From: Candidatus Poribacteria bacterium
Lineage (GTDB): Bacteria; Poribacteria; WGA-4E; WGA-3G
Length of the DNA: 64,000 bases
Assembly (NCBI GenBank): GCA_964291315.2
Contig: OZ219753.1
Coordinates: forward strand, 1,248,001 to 1,312,000
Reading direction: 5' to 3'
Position 1 is the first letter of the stretch. Every line of letters begins with the position of its first letter. This document shows positions 8,523 through 17,840 of the stretch, piece by piece. Under the pieces are notes generated by a model. The model worked only from the letters and a program-made list of their open reading frames with translations. It ran no database searches and was not told the DNA's origin. Made by a program: the position numbers and the translations under genes.

Positions 8523-9977
8523 ATAGGATTTACGCAATTCCGGGGGCCGAGCGGTTAGACTTGCAGAGAGTCTATGGGCGATCCACCGCAAAACTGCCAA
8601 AGCTGAAGCGTAATATGACTTAGACAAACTTAACTCGTGTGCATAAGAAGGAGAATTAATTGTCAACAGATCCATGTTCATCAAGTCCGGCGGAGGCGTC
8701 GGACATTATTCATCCGCGCGTTCTCCCTTTCATAGCTATGCATCTTGCATGCTTTGCTATTTTCTGGGTGGATGTTCAAACCATAGATTGGATTGTATGC
8801 GGGGCCTTGTACGTTATCCGCATGTTTGGAATCACAGCGGGGTTTCATCGTTACTTTTCGCATCGTTCATTCAAAACAAGCCGAGGATTCCAATTCTTTT
8901 TAGCTTTTCTGGGACAGAGTTCAGCGCAGCGCGGGGTCCTCTGGTGGGCGTCGAAACACCGCCATCACCATAAGTACTCCGACACAGTGCAAGATGTGCA
9001 TTCACCGGTGCAACATGGATTCTGGTATTCCCATGTACTATGGATTTTTTCTAAGCAGGGACGGGAGCCGGATTACATTTTAATTAAGGATTTTCGGAAG
9101 TACCCAGAGCTGGTGTGGTTAGATAAATGGGAAAGATTCCCGCCATTCGTATTAGCTGTTTTGGTCTGGGCGTTTCTCGGCTGGTCTGGATTGATCGTAG
9201 GATTTGTCTTGAGTACTGTGATCCTATACCATGGGACATTTACAATTAACTCGCTCTCCCACGTGATAGGCAAACAACCTTATGACACCGGAGATAGTTC
9301 TCGTAACAACTTGTTCTTGGCTATTATTACGCTAGGTGAAGGATGGCATAACAACCATCATCACTTTCCAAGTGCTACGCCGCAAGGATTTCATTGGTGG
9401 CAAATTGATGTTACCTATTATATTCTCAAAGTGTTATCTATTTTTAGGATTGTTTGGGACCTTCGCCTGCCTCCTGCACATGTGATTAAAGGGGTTTCCA
9501 AATTATCGGTCGCCGCGATAGAAAGAGCCGCGCAGCAGCTCGCTGCGAGTTTTTCCATTGAGCATATTGGTAAGGCTGTTTTGAACGCATGGACGCATAC
9601 TCCTGAATTGGTTGAACTCCGAAACCGGACCCGCATCGGTCAGTCAGCGGTAGAAGATTTTCTCAAAGAGATGAAAATCCTTGAGCTGTCTACAGTGGAG
9701 AATGTGAAACAGCGCGCCCAAAAAATGTTCACCCATATCCCGTCGTTAAATCCGATTGTTGAACGCGCAAACCAGATCATTGTTCAGGCAGTTTCAGTAT
9801 GGATACTTCAGAACCAGATGTAGGCAGCGTCAGTTCATGTATAACTGTGGTACCAGCATCTGTCTGTCAGGACGGACGCAAAATCACGGATTTCCAACAC
9901 TTAATGTTTTGCGATAGCTCGTCTACCGGGGCTCTGCGGGCCTAACCGATCGCACCCCAGAATTGCGTAAGTTCTAT
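8523..9977. mobile_element. Putative non-autonomous element: 72-bp imperfect inverted repeats (8523-8594, 9906-9977) enclosing a desaturase gene
   Basis: Ungapped hand alignment of the left end with the reverse complement of the right end gives 53/72 identities. No transposase present. Confidence 0.5.
8660..9823 (+). CDS. Acyl-CoA (delta-9-type) fatty acid desaturase
   Basis: His boxes HRYFSH, HRHHH, HNNHH; GEGWHNNHH motif; TM segments; TTG start preceded by AAGGAG. Confidence 0.9.
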   Translation: MSTDPCSSSPAEASDIIHPRVLPFIAMHLACFAIFWVDVQTIDWIVCGALYVIRMFGITAGFHRYFSHRSFKTSRGFQFFLAFLGQSSAQRGVLWWASKHRHHHKYSDTVQDVHSPVQHGFWYSHVLWIFSKQGREPDYILIKDFRKYPELVWLDKWERFPPFVLAVLVWAFLGWSGLIVGFVLSTVILYHGTFTINSLSHVIGKQPYDTGDSSRNNLFLAIITLGEGWHNNHHHFPSATPQGFHWWQIDVTYYILKVLSIFRIVWDLRLPPAHVIKGVSKLSVAAIERAAQQLAASFSIEHIGKAVLNAWTHTPELVELRNRTRIGQSAVEDFLKEMKILELSTVENVKQRAQKMFTHIPSLNPIVERANQIIVQAVSVWILQNQM

Positions 9978-10217
9978 CCTGGGAACCATCAGTTTTAACC
10001 TCAATTTGAATTAAGTAGCTGCAAGGTCTGACACTTCCTCCAAACATGTTTCAATACCATCTATGACTCGGGAGCCTGTCCTATTCCGTGCAATCAGTAT
10101 AAAACTTGTACCTCTATGTGCAATCTTTTCTGAAGATTTGGCAAAGAGCCTTATCTGCACCGCGGCAGTAGATTGGCACGAAATGTGCTAGGAGAATTAA
10201 TAGATAAGGAGTTATCA

Positions 10218-11114
10218 ATGGAAACCGAACGGAAGTATCGCGTTGCACCGTCTGGATTCACGCCAGAGCAGTGGGAAACTTTTAACAAAGATGGCATTAT
10301 CTGCATTGAAGATGCTCTTGATTCTGAAGACATCCAAACGTATATTGACGCAATAGACCGGGTTGCCGCTACTAATCCGAAGTATGCCCCAGGCAGTTAC
10401 CTCGGCATGGAGAACATCGTTGAACGCGATCCCGTTTTTACGGGTTTAATCGACCATGAGGGGCATGTTGGTTTTGCGTATGACCTGTTCGGGGAGCTTC
10501 TCAAACTCCATCAGAGCCAGTTTTTCCTACGGCCTCCCGGTGGCAAACAGTACAATCAGTGGCACCCGGATGGCGCGCGTGCACTGCCTTATGGGGTGTT
10601 CTCGCCGCAGCTACCCTTACAGATCAAGATCGGATATTGGCTGACGGATTTGCCGACCTCGAGGATGGGGAACCTCGTTGTACTACCGGGGAGCCATCGC
10701 CAGCAGTATATGGACAGCTACGATACCCACAAGAGTATCTCTGGAGAAAGGGTTGTCTGCCCGCGTAAAGGGACGATGACGGTGATGCACTCAAGCATCT
10801 GGCACCGTGTAGAACCGAACGAGAGCGATGTGGTGCGTTACAATATTTTTGTCGCCTATTGTCCATCGTGGCTGACTTCTGCTGACCGATTTCACTCCTC
10901 GCCGGAGTGGCTAGAGACGCTTAACCGTGAACAGCGGATTATTATGCGCAGCTACAGCCATGCGTATCATAACGCGAAACCTCCGGCATCTGATTTCCCG
11001 CTTTTCCTTGAACGCGACACCGGGGTTGAAAAAGACACGGGCACGTATCCTGAACACGTCCAACTGCACCGCCGCAAACGGTTGACCATGCATGAAAGAC
11101 TGACGGCTTTATAA
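10218..11114 (+). CDS. PhyH-family Fe(II)/2-oxoglutarate dioxygenase
   Basis: WHPD, VLPGSH, HSSIWHR motifs; ATG 10218 preceded by TAAGGAG. Confidence 0.85.
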   Translation: METERKYRVAPSGFTPEQWETFNKDGIICIEDALDSEDIQTYIDAIDRVAATNPKYAPGSYLGMENIVERDPVFTGLIDHEGHVGFAYDLFGELLKLHQSQFFLRPPGGKQYNQWHPDGARALPYGVFSPQLPLQIKIGYWLTDLPTSRMGNLVVLPGSHRQQYMDSYDTHKSISGERVVCPRKGTMTVMHSSIWHRVEPNESDVVRYNIFVAYCPSWLTSADRFHSSPEWLETLNREQRIIMRSYSHAYHNAKPPASDFPLFLERDTGVEKDTGTYPEHVQLHRRKRLTMHERLTAL

Positions 11115-11128
11115 AGACAGCTATTAAA

Positions 11129-12259
11129 ATGAAGACCCTATTCCTCAAAGACATGCGCTATCGCCAAGCAAGGGTAGTGCTGACAGCGCTCGGTATCACC
11201 GTACTGATTTCGCTCATCTTGCTGCTAGGCGGTATTATGAACGGCATGCGCATCCAGGCCCGGCAATACGTTGAATCAACGGGAGCAGACCTATGGATTT
11301 CCGCTGAAGGCTCCGGGGGTGCCTTTATCGGCTTCTCTCTTGTTGTTGAGGAATACATGGCGTTTCTGAATGCAGGTCAAGGCCTAGTGCCAAATTCCGC
11401 TTCGCCCTTAGTTTTTGCACAAGCTCGCCCTAACATACGTGGAAAGTCCACTAAAGCGATTGTAGTCGGTTACACACTCGGAAAACTGGGGGGGCCCAAG
11501 CAAGCGATCGAGGGAAGAATGTTTACCCCAAGCAAATTTGAAGACTACAGGCCTGAAAATCCTGCCCCTTATGAGGTGGTGGTCGATGAAAAAATGGGCT
11601 TGGAAATCGGGCAGCAGATAACCCTTGCCGATGAGAAAGTACGGGTTGTCGGAAAAACAAAAAGCCTGATGTTCGTGCTGGACACACCGCTCCTTTTTAT
11701 GGATATCCGCCTTGCCCAGAAACTTTTGCTCGGCAATACCCCGCACGTTAACATGATGCTCGCCAGAGTGCATGCAAACTTCCCAGTACCAGAGGTATCC
11801 AGTCAATACGATGCCTTTGAGACCATCGAGACACGCACTTTAAAACAGACAGTTGGAAACATCATTGAGTACTACGTTGATGAACCGATGAAGGCGGTGC
11901 AATTCTTGCGTGTGATGTTGTGGGTAGCAGCAGGCATCCTTGTCGGGATGATTACCTATGTAACGATGCTTGAAAAGACGCAGGAGATTGGTGTCCTAAA
12001 AGCGATCGGCGCTGCAAACGGTTACGTCATGGCCCTTTTGCTGAAGCAAGTTGCGTTAATGTCCGCTGTCGGCGTAGGACTCGGGCTTCTTCTCGCTTAT
12101 ATTTTTGCGGCGGCGGCCCCCATTTTCGTTGCAATTAATTTTGTTGAATCGATCATCGTTACGTGTATCAGTTTTGTCGTTTGTTGCGGAAGCGGTTACC
12201 TGGCGGCGCGGAAGGCGATCACGGTGGATCCGATGATCGCCTTCCGCGGTGAAATTTAA
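11129..12259 (+). CDS. ABC transporter permease (MacB/FtsX family)
   Basis: N-terminal TM, large periplasmic loop, EIGVLKAIGA motif, three C-terminal TMs. Confidence 0.9.
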   Translation: MKTLFLKDMRYRQARVVLTALGITVLISLILLLGGIMNGMRIQARQYVESTGADLWISAEGSGGAFIGFSLVVEEYMAFLNAGQGLVPNSASPLVFAQARPNIRGKSTKAIVVGYTLGKLGGPKQAIEGRMFTPSKFEDYRPENPAPYEVVVDEKMGLEIGQQITLADEKVRVVGKTKSLMFVLDTPLLFMDIRLAQKLLLGNTPHVNMMLARVHANFPVPEVSSQYDAFETIETRTLKQTVGNIIEYYVDEPMKAVQFLRVMLWVAAGILVGMITYVTMLEKTQEIGVLKAIGAANGYVMALLLKQVALMSAVGVGLGLLLAYIFAAAAPIFVAINFVESIIVTCISFVVCCGSGYLAARKAITVDPMIAFRGEI

Positions 12260-12424
12260 GGTTTTTTGGACGACTGAACCTGAGGTGCTGCATTAAGTGC
12301 CCCCCAGCAGCACTCAAATCGTTAACAAACTTTTGATAACCTAAGCGGGGCTCTTAACAACCGTAGATCGATGCTAACAGCGAAGGCATCGCCCGAACGT
12401 AAACGTTAAAAGGGTGAATAGGGT

Positions 12425-13099
12425 ATGGCAGCAATAGTAGAAGGGAACGGCTTAACGAAACGTTTTGGCACAGCGGAGGCAACTGTCGTCGCGATAGATT
12501 CCGTTGACATCACTATTGAAGAAAGCGAACTCGTAATGATTATGGGGGATAGTGGTTGCGGGAAAACAACGCTCATCAGCCTCCTCGGTTGTATTTTAAC
12601 ACCCGATACCGGGCATATCCAGATTGATGGCGAACCCATTGACCCGGAAGTACAAGATATGAGTGTGATTCGCCGTGAGAAAATCGGATTTGTGTTCCAG
12701 TTGTTTCACCTGCTCCCCTATCTCACTGCGCTTGAAAACGTCATGATAGCAATGGACCTCGCCCGGGCGAAAACAGAAGAAGCAGAAGGTCGGGCCACGG
12801 AACTCCTCACACAAGTTGGTTTAAGTGAACGACTTCACCATCGTCCTGCCCAACTTTCTGGCGGTGAGAAACAACGTGTCTCTTTTGCCCGAGCCCTCGC
12901 GAATAGGCCGAAGGTCATTTTCGCCGATGAACCGACAGCGAATTTAGATAGTCGCCAAAGCGACAACTTAATGAGCCTGATTCGAGAATTACGTCAGGAA
13001 CACCAGACAACCGTCGTGATCGTGACGCATCACGACGGGTTAAAAAAAGATGCAGATCGGATTATCCAAATGAAGGATGGAAGGATTATTGCTAAATGA
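12425..13099 (+). CDS. ABC transporter ATP-binding protein (LolD/MacB-like)
   Basis: Walker A GDSGCGKTT, LSGGEKQR, ADEPTANLD. Confidence 0.93.
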   Translation: MAAIVEGNGLTKRFGTAEATVVAIDSVDITIEESELVMIMGDSGCGKTTLISLLGCILTPDTGHIQIDGEPIDPEVQDMSVIRREKIGFVFQLFHLLPYLTALENVMIAMDLARAKTEEAEGRATELLTQVGLSERLHHRPAQLSGGEKQRVSFARALANRPKVIFADEPTANLDSRQSDNLMSLIRELRQEHQTTVVIVTHHDGLKKDADRIIQMKDGRIIAK

Positions 13100-14523
13100 A
13101 CGGGTATTTCTCTTTAAGAAAGCTTTTCTTTTTTGCTTCGACGCTTGCAATATTATTCCTCTTCCTCATTCTACCGACTTCCGCTCAGGATGAGTCACAA
13201 TCTGCGACCTCTGAAGAAGATATATCCCTAAACGAAGTAGAACCGCCCAACTTTCTGACAAGTGGATTGTACGGCGGGGGTTTAACTTTTATTGACGGTG
13301 ATGCCTATGTTCAAGTGCAGCTTCAGCCGGATATACCGCTTGGGAAAGTCGGCATCGGGTTAGACCTGATTCTACTCTACAATCCTTATGCTGAAGACGA
13401 AGTCCCCCAAATCCTTGCGGAAGATGGCGAAGCATGGGACGATCCAAGCACATGGTTACGACTTGTCCGTTATGTCCGCTACGGGCAGCCTTATGACCCG
13501 TTTTACTTGCGTTTCGGGGAGCTAGATTATCTGACAATTGGACACGGTTCAATTATGTCTGGTTATTCTAACTATGATCGGCGCGGCGTACGCCTGAATT
13601 TCAAGGGTGCCGAAAACCGCTATGGGGTCGAAACGATGCTCAATGATGTCGGGAATCCTACAATTTTTGGAGGCAGAGCATTTTTGCGCCCCTTCCAGCA
13701 GGAGGGGAACAACAACCTCCTGGCACGACTTGAGCTCGGGGCAACCTATCTTACTGACATCAACCCAAATTTGCAGGAAGATGGCGAAGAACCACTGAGC
13801 GCACTCGGGCTCGATGTCGGGTTCCGGATTTTTGAGACGCGTACATTTCGGTTGGACCTCTACGATGATATAGCGTTCCTCAATACTTTATCTGATGAAT
13901 TGGGAGAGGCGATATTAGAAACCGCTACAGCAATAGATAGCCTGAAGACAACCCTTGCTTGGGGAAATGCTGTTGGTGTTGGTTTTTCTTTTACGCAAGC
14001 GCTCTTTAAAATTGAATACCGTATCTTCGGGGATGGATACATCCCTTCTGTGTTTGACTATACGTATGAATCGGCGAAATCGCTATCACCAGAGCCTAAC
14101 AGTCCACAGTTTTTGGGGCTGGAGACAAACGCGGAGCCGAGCCGCGGCTTCTTCTCGCAGTTCATCTGGCATCCACTGCCGCAAATCCATTTCCTCGGAA
14201 CACTTGAAGACTATACTAATATTGAACCTAAACTTTATATGGGAGCTACCGCGTCGAAATTAGCACCACGTCTCTCGCTGCGGGCCTTCTACACTAAACG
14301 TAATATAGGCGAGGGCGGCGAGACAAATTTCTTTGGAGACCTTTTCGACCTGGACGAGAAATCAGCTTTCAGCTTAGAAGCACGTTATACAATCCTGCCA
14401 CCGTTTGAAACAATTGTGCTGCGTGAGTACCGATTCCGCCGCGTTGAAACGGAGTCCGGGGCCTCCCAATTTGAGCCGATCCACAAAACTTCCATTTTGG
14501 TAGGCGTTAGTACGAGTTTTTAG
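13096..14523 (+). CDS. Putative outer-membrane beta-barrel protein of unknown function
   Basis: Signal peptide, amphipathic beta-strand pattern, C-terminal Phe (VGVSTSF); ATGA overlap with the ATPase gene. Confidence 0.6.
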   Translation: MNGYFSLRKLFFFASTLAILFLFLILPTSAQDESQSATSEEDISLNEVEPPNFLTSGLYGGGLTFIDGDAYVQVQLQPDIPLGKVGIGLDLILLYNPYAEDEVPQILAEDGEAWDDPSTWLRLVRYVRYGQPYDPFYLRFGELDYLTIGHGSIMSGYSNYDRRGVRLNFKGAENRYGVETMLNDVGNPTIFGGRAFLRPFQQEGNNNLLARLELGATYLTDINPNLQEDGEEPLSALGLDVGFRIFETRTFRLDLYDDIAFLNTLSDELGEAILETATAIDSLKTTLAWGNAVGVGFSFTQALFKIEYRIFGDGYIPSVFDYTYESAKSLSPEPNSPQFLGLETNAEPSRGFFSQFIWHPLPQIHFLGTLEDYTNIEPKLYMGATASKLAPRLSLRAFYTKRNIGEGGETNFFGDLFDLDEKSAFSLEARYTILPPFETIVLREYRFRRVETESGASQFEPIHKTSILVGVSTSF

Positions 14524-14599
14524 AGCCCATCCTCGGGGCATGCGTTCGATGGCATTGCCTGTATACCCACCACGCTGGCCGTAAAACGGAAAATTCGGT

Positions 14600-14629
14600 T
14601 TGACATCGTCCTCCCAATTACACTATAAT
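14600..14629 (+). promoter_or_regulatory. Consensus sigma70 promoter
   Basis: TTGACA-18 bp-TATAAT. Confidence 0.65.
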
Positions 14630-14655
14630 ATGTGGAGAAAGGAATAAGGAGAGAT

Positions 14656-17016
14656 ATGCGATTCACCTATTTTTGGCCCGGCTGGGCAGTCGCCCTCGGT
14701 ATCTGCATTGCTATCGGCGTAACCTTGTTTGTTTACTTCCGAATGGCGCGTTCCATGCCACCGAGGTATAGGGTTTTGCTCGTTATGCTGCGCACCTTCG
14801 CAGTGTCAATCTTGATCGCTTGTCTTTTAGCCCCCGTTGTTCGCGAGAAAAAGGACACTACGCCGCCGACACACCTCTCTGTTCTCGTAGATACATCGCG
14901 AAGTATGGAAATCGTGGACGCTCGTATTGATCAAACACCAAAGGCGAGACTGAGTGAGGTGAATCAACTCCTATTTGATGCACCGAGGGGACTCCTCCAG
15001 GCTTTGAAGGATCGATTTGAGATTCATCTCTACCCTTTTGATACAGGGCTCCATCAAAGTGTACCGCTTACCCAAGACGCTGATACCGACACGCCGCAGC
15101 TTGAACCTCACGGGGCCCTTACAGACATTGGCGGGGCAATACAAGAAGCTGTAGCAACCTGGAAAGGACAACAAACTGCCGGTGTTGTACTCATTACGGA
15201 TGGTGGACACAATTCGGGGCAGTTCCCTTGGGCGGCAATGACAGCGTTAGAAGTGCCCATCTACACAATAGGAGTCGGTGCAGTAGAACCACCAAAAGAC
15301 ATTCTGGTTCAACACATTGATTACGCCCCTATTGCCTACACGGGTCATGAAAGCACAATCCGGGTGAATGTGGTGCAAACTGGCTATACCGGCAAGACAA
15401 CACAGATATCTTTGCGTGAATCGAACGGAAATACGCTCATAGATACCGCAACGCTGACTTTTGGCGTTGATTCACAGCAGGTTCCCGAACCCCTAGCAGA
15501 AAACGCCCATATGAATATCACGACAAAACAGGTGATTGAACTGAAGCTGACCCCAGAGATGGAGGGCAACTTCCAATATACTCTCACACTTCCAGTATTT
15601 GATGGTGAGCTCACAGAGGCGAACAATCAAAAGACATTTTTCGTGAAGGTTGTGAAGGCAAAACTCGATGTCTTCTATCTTGAAGGCAGACCGAGATGGG
15701 ATTACACCTTCTTGAAACGGGTATTAACACGAGATCCAAATATTGAGGCGACCTGTGCAATTTTATCGCGTAGCGGATTAAGGCAGCCGCCGGTTGATAC
15801 AGCCGTTCGTCGTTTAGATGGATATTACCCCCAATCTACATCGGTATCTGAAATAACGCGATTCCCCGAGACATCTCTTGAGCTTTCCAAATACGATGTG
15901 CTAATTTTAGGCGATGTGGGTAAAAAGCATCTTACCGCAGCGCAGCAACTGGCAATTGTTGACTTCGTTGAGAAACAAGGCAAACCTATTATTTTTCTCC
16001 CATCTCAGCATATGGTCGGTGTAGACGGACTTAGGAACACGGAATTAGCACATCTTCTACCGATTGACATCCCGGCAGGGGGATGCCGGGTACACGACAC
16101 AGAATTCACTGTGCAGCTGACGCAATCCGGCATGTTTCATCCGATGCTCCAGATGAGTGACGGCGGAAGCACGCTAGAAAACAGTACTGATCTGTGGCAA
16201 AATCTTCCTATCTCTTTATCGCGGTTTTTTAGTGAATTCCATCTCAGAGCAGGGGCGACTGTTCTCATGGAGAATGAGAGACGGGCTCCAATCCTGATTC
16301 TGCAAAGGGCAGGCTTAGGTAAAAGTCTTCTCGTCGCGGCAGAAGGACTCTGGAATTGGGATTTTGGCGCGAAAGCCTTTAAAGCGAGTCGCTATCGGAC
16401 AATTTATTCGAGATTCTGGGCACAAGTCCTCCGATGGATGGCAACCAACACGGATGATAAGAAACTCTATCTCTCGACAGATGCTCTAACCTACACAATA
16501 GGAGATACTGCTAAAGTGACGGCGTACTTGTATTCTGATACCTATTCGCAGCAAACAGAGGCCACGATCCAGATTGAGGTCGTGCCGCCTGATGGAATGC
16601 CTTTCCAGCTCCGAATCGGCAGCCCGACACAAAATACAACTTCCGACATCGGAAATGTTTATACCGCACAATTCGAGTTATTACAGAAAGGGACCTACCG
16701 GGTTCGAGCAGTCGGGCGTCATGGGAATTTAACATTAGGCACGGATCATATCGACATCTATGTCCACCCGCAACTTATAGAATTGGAGATGCCGCAACTC
16801 AATGAAGCCTTGTTGGAAGAACTCGCTGAGCAGACTGGCGGTGCTTACTTCGCAATAGAAGACGCGGAATCGCTCCCTGAAAACGTTGCGGATGTTCAGA
16901 CCCGGGTATTCGTTGATACTGAACGTGAACTTTGGGCACATCCGCTGATTCTCATTGCTGTAGTCGGGTTATTAGGCACAGAGTGGTTCTTGCGCAAGCG
17001 GATTGGACTAGTTTGA
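14656..17016 (+). CDS. Membrane-anchored VWA + GATase-like domain protein
   Basis: N-terminal TMs; MIDAS DTSRSM..TD..ITDG; EGRPRWDYTFLKR; C-terminal TM ending EWFLRKR; ATG 14656 with TAAGGAG. Confidence 0.75.
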   Translation: MRFTYFWPGWAVALGICIAIGVTLFVYFRMARSMPPRYRVLLVMLRTFAVSILIACLLAPVVREKKDTTPPTHLSVLVDTSRSMEIVDARIDQTPKARLSEVNQLLFDAPRGLLQALKDRFEIHLYPFDTGLHQSVPLTQDADTDTPQLEPHGALTDIGGAIQEAVATWKGQQTAGVVLITDGGHNSGQFPWAAMTALEVPIYTIGVGAVEPPKDILVQHIDYAPIAYTGHESTIRVNVVQTGYTGKTTQISLRESNGNTLIDTATLTFGVDSQQVPEPLAENAHMNITTKQVIELKLTPEMEGNFQYTLTLPVFDGELTEANNQKTFFVKVVKAKLDVFYLEGRPRWDYTFLKRVLTRDPNIEATCAILSRSGLRQPPVDTAVRRLDGYYPQSTSVSEITRFPETSLELSKYDVLILGDVGKKHLTAAQQLAIVDFVEKQGKPIIFLPSQHMVGVDGLRNTELAHLLPIDIPAGGCRVHDTEFTVQLTQSGMFHPMLQMSDGGSTLENSTDLWQNLPISLSRFFSEFHLRAGATVLMENERRAPILILQRAGLGKSLLVAAEGLWNWDFGAKAFKASRYRTIYSRFWAQVLRWMATNTDDKKLYLSTDALTYTIGDTAKVTAYLYSDTYSQQTEATIQIEVVPPDGMPFQLRIGSPTQNTTSDIGNVYTAQFELLQKGTYRVRAVGRHGNLTLGTDHIDIYVHPQLIELEMPQLNEALLEELAEQTGGAYFAIEDAESLPENVADVQTRVFVDTERELWAHPLILIAVVGLLGTEWFLRKRIGLV

Positions 17017-17110
17017 AGATGAAAATACTCCGTCTCTGTTGGCGAGATTACCTAACTTCATCTGTTATTCGAACCCAAGTTAAACGCCAACCGGAAAGGT
17101 GGCATACTTT

Positions 17111-17788
17111 ATGGTACAATTACGAAGGTGGCGATTTTCAGTTGTGGTGTGTTGTTTCCTATTTTACACCGCAATCGGTACTCCGGAAGGAGGCGAGAAA
17201 TTCAGAATCGCTCAAGTCCACTATGGCGGCGGCGGGGATTGGTACGGCGACGCAACAGTAATTAAAAATTGGCTTCACCTCCTTCGCACGCGAGCGGATA
17301 TTGAAACTGCCGAAGATAGAACGATACTTAAATTGACGGATCATACCCTTTACCAGCACCCTATGCTCTACCTTGTCGGACACGGAAATATCCGATTCAC
17401 TGAAAGCGAAGTTGAGATTTTGCAAGACTATCTCATGAACGGTGGGTTTCTGTTTGCCAATGATGATTACGGGCTTGACAAGAGTTTTCGGCGTGAAATG
17501 CAGAGGGTATTTCCGAATAAGGAATTACAATTAATACCGAACACACATCTAATTTACCGATGCTTCTACGAACTAGACGGATTGCCTAAAATTCATGAAC
17601 ACGATGCGGAACCCGCACAAGGGTTTGGTCTCTTTCACAATGGAAGAATGATCGTCTACTACGTTTACAGCGCCGACATCGGTGACGGGCTTGAGGATGC
17701 CGACGTACATCCAGAAGATACGCAGCACGTCAGAGAACTCGCAGCAAAAATGGCGGTTAATATCGCTATCTATGTTTTGACGCATTAA
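17111..17788 (+). CDS. DUF4159 domain protein
   Basis: YGGGGDWY, YLVGHG, GGFLFANDDYG, GLPKIHEHD motifs; start could be 17099. Confidence 0.8.
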   Translation: MVQLRRWRFSVVVCCFLFYTAIGTPEGGEKFRIAQVHYGGGGDWYGDATVIKNWLHLLRTRADIETAEDRTILKLTDHTLYQHPMLYLVGHGNIRFTESEVEILQDYLMNGGFLFANDDYGLDKSFRREMQRVFPNKELQLIPNTHLIYRCFYELDGLPKIHEHDAEPAQGFGLFHNGRMIVYYVYSADIGDGLEDADVHPEDTQHVRELAAKMAVNIAIYVLTH

Positions 17789-17840
17789 TAAGCGGCTCGG
17801 TAGTAGTAGCAATTAATAGCTTGAAATTTGGAGTTGAACT

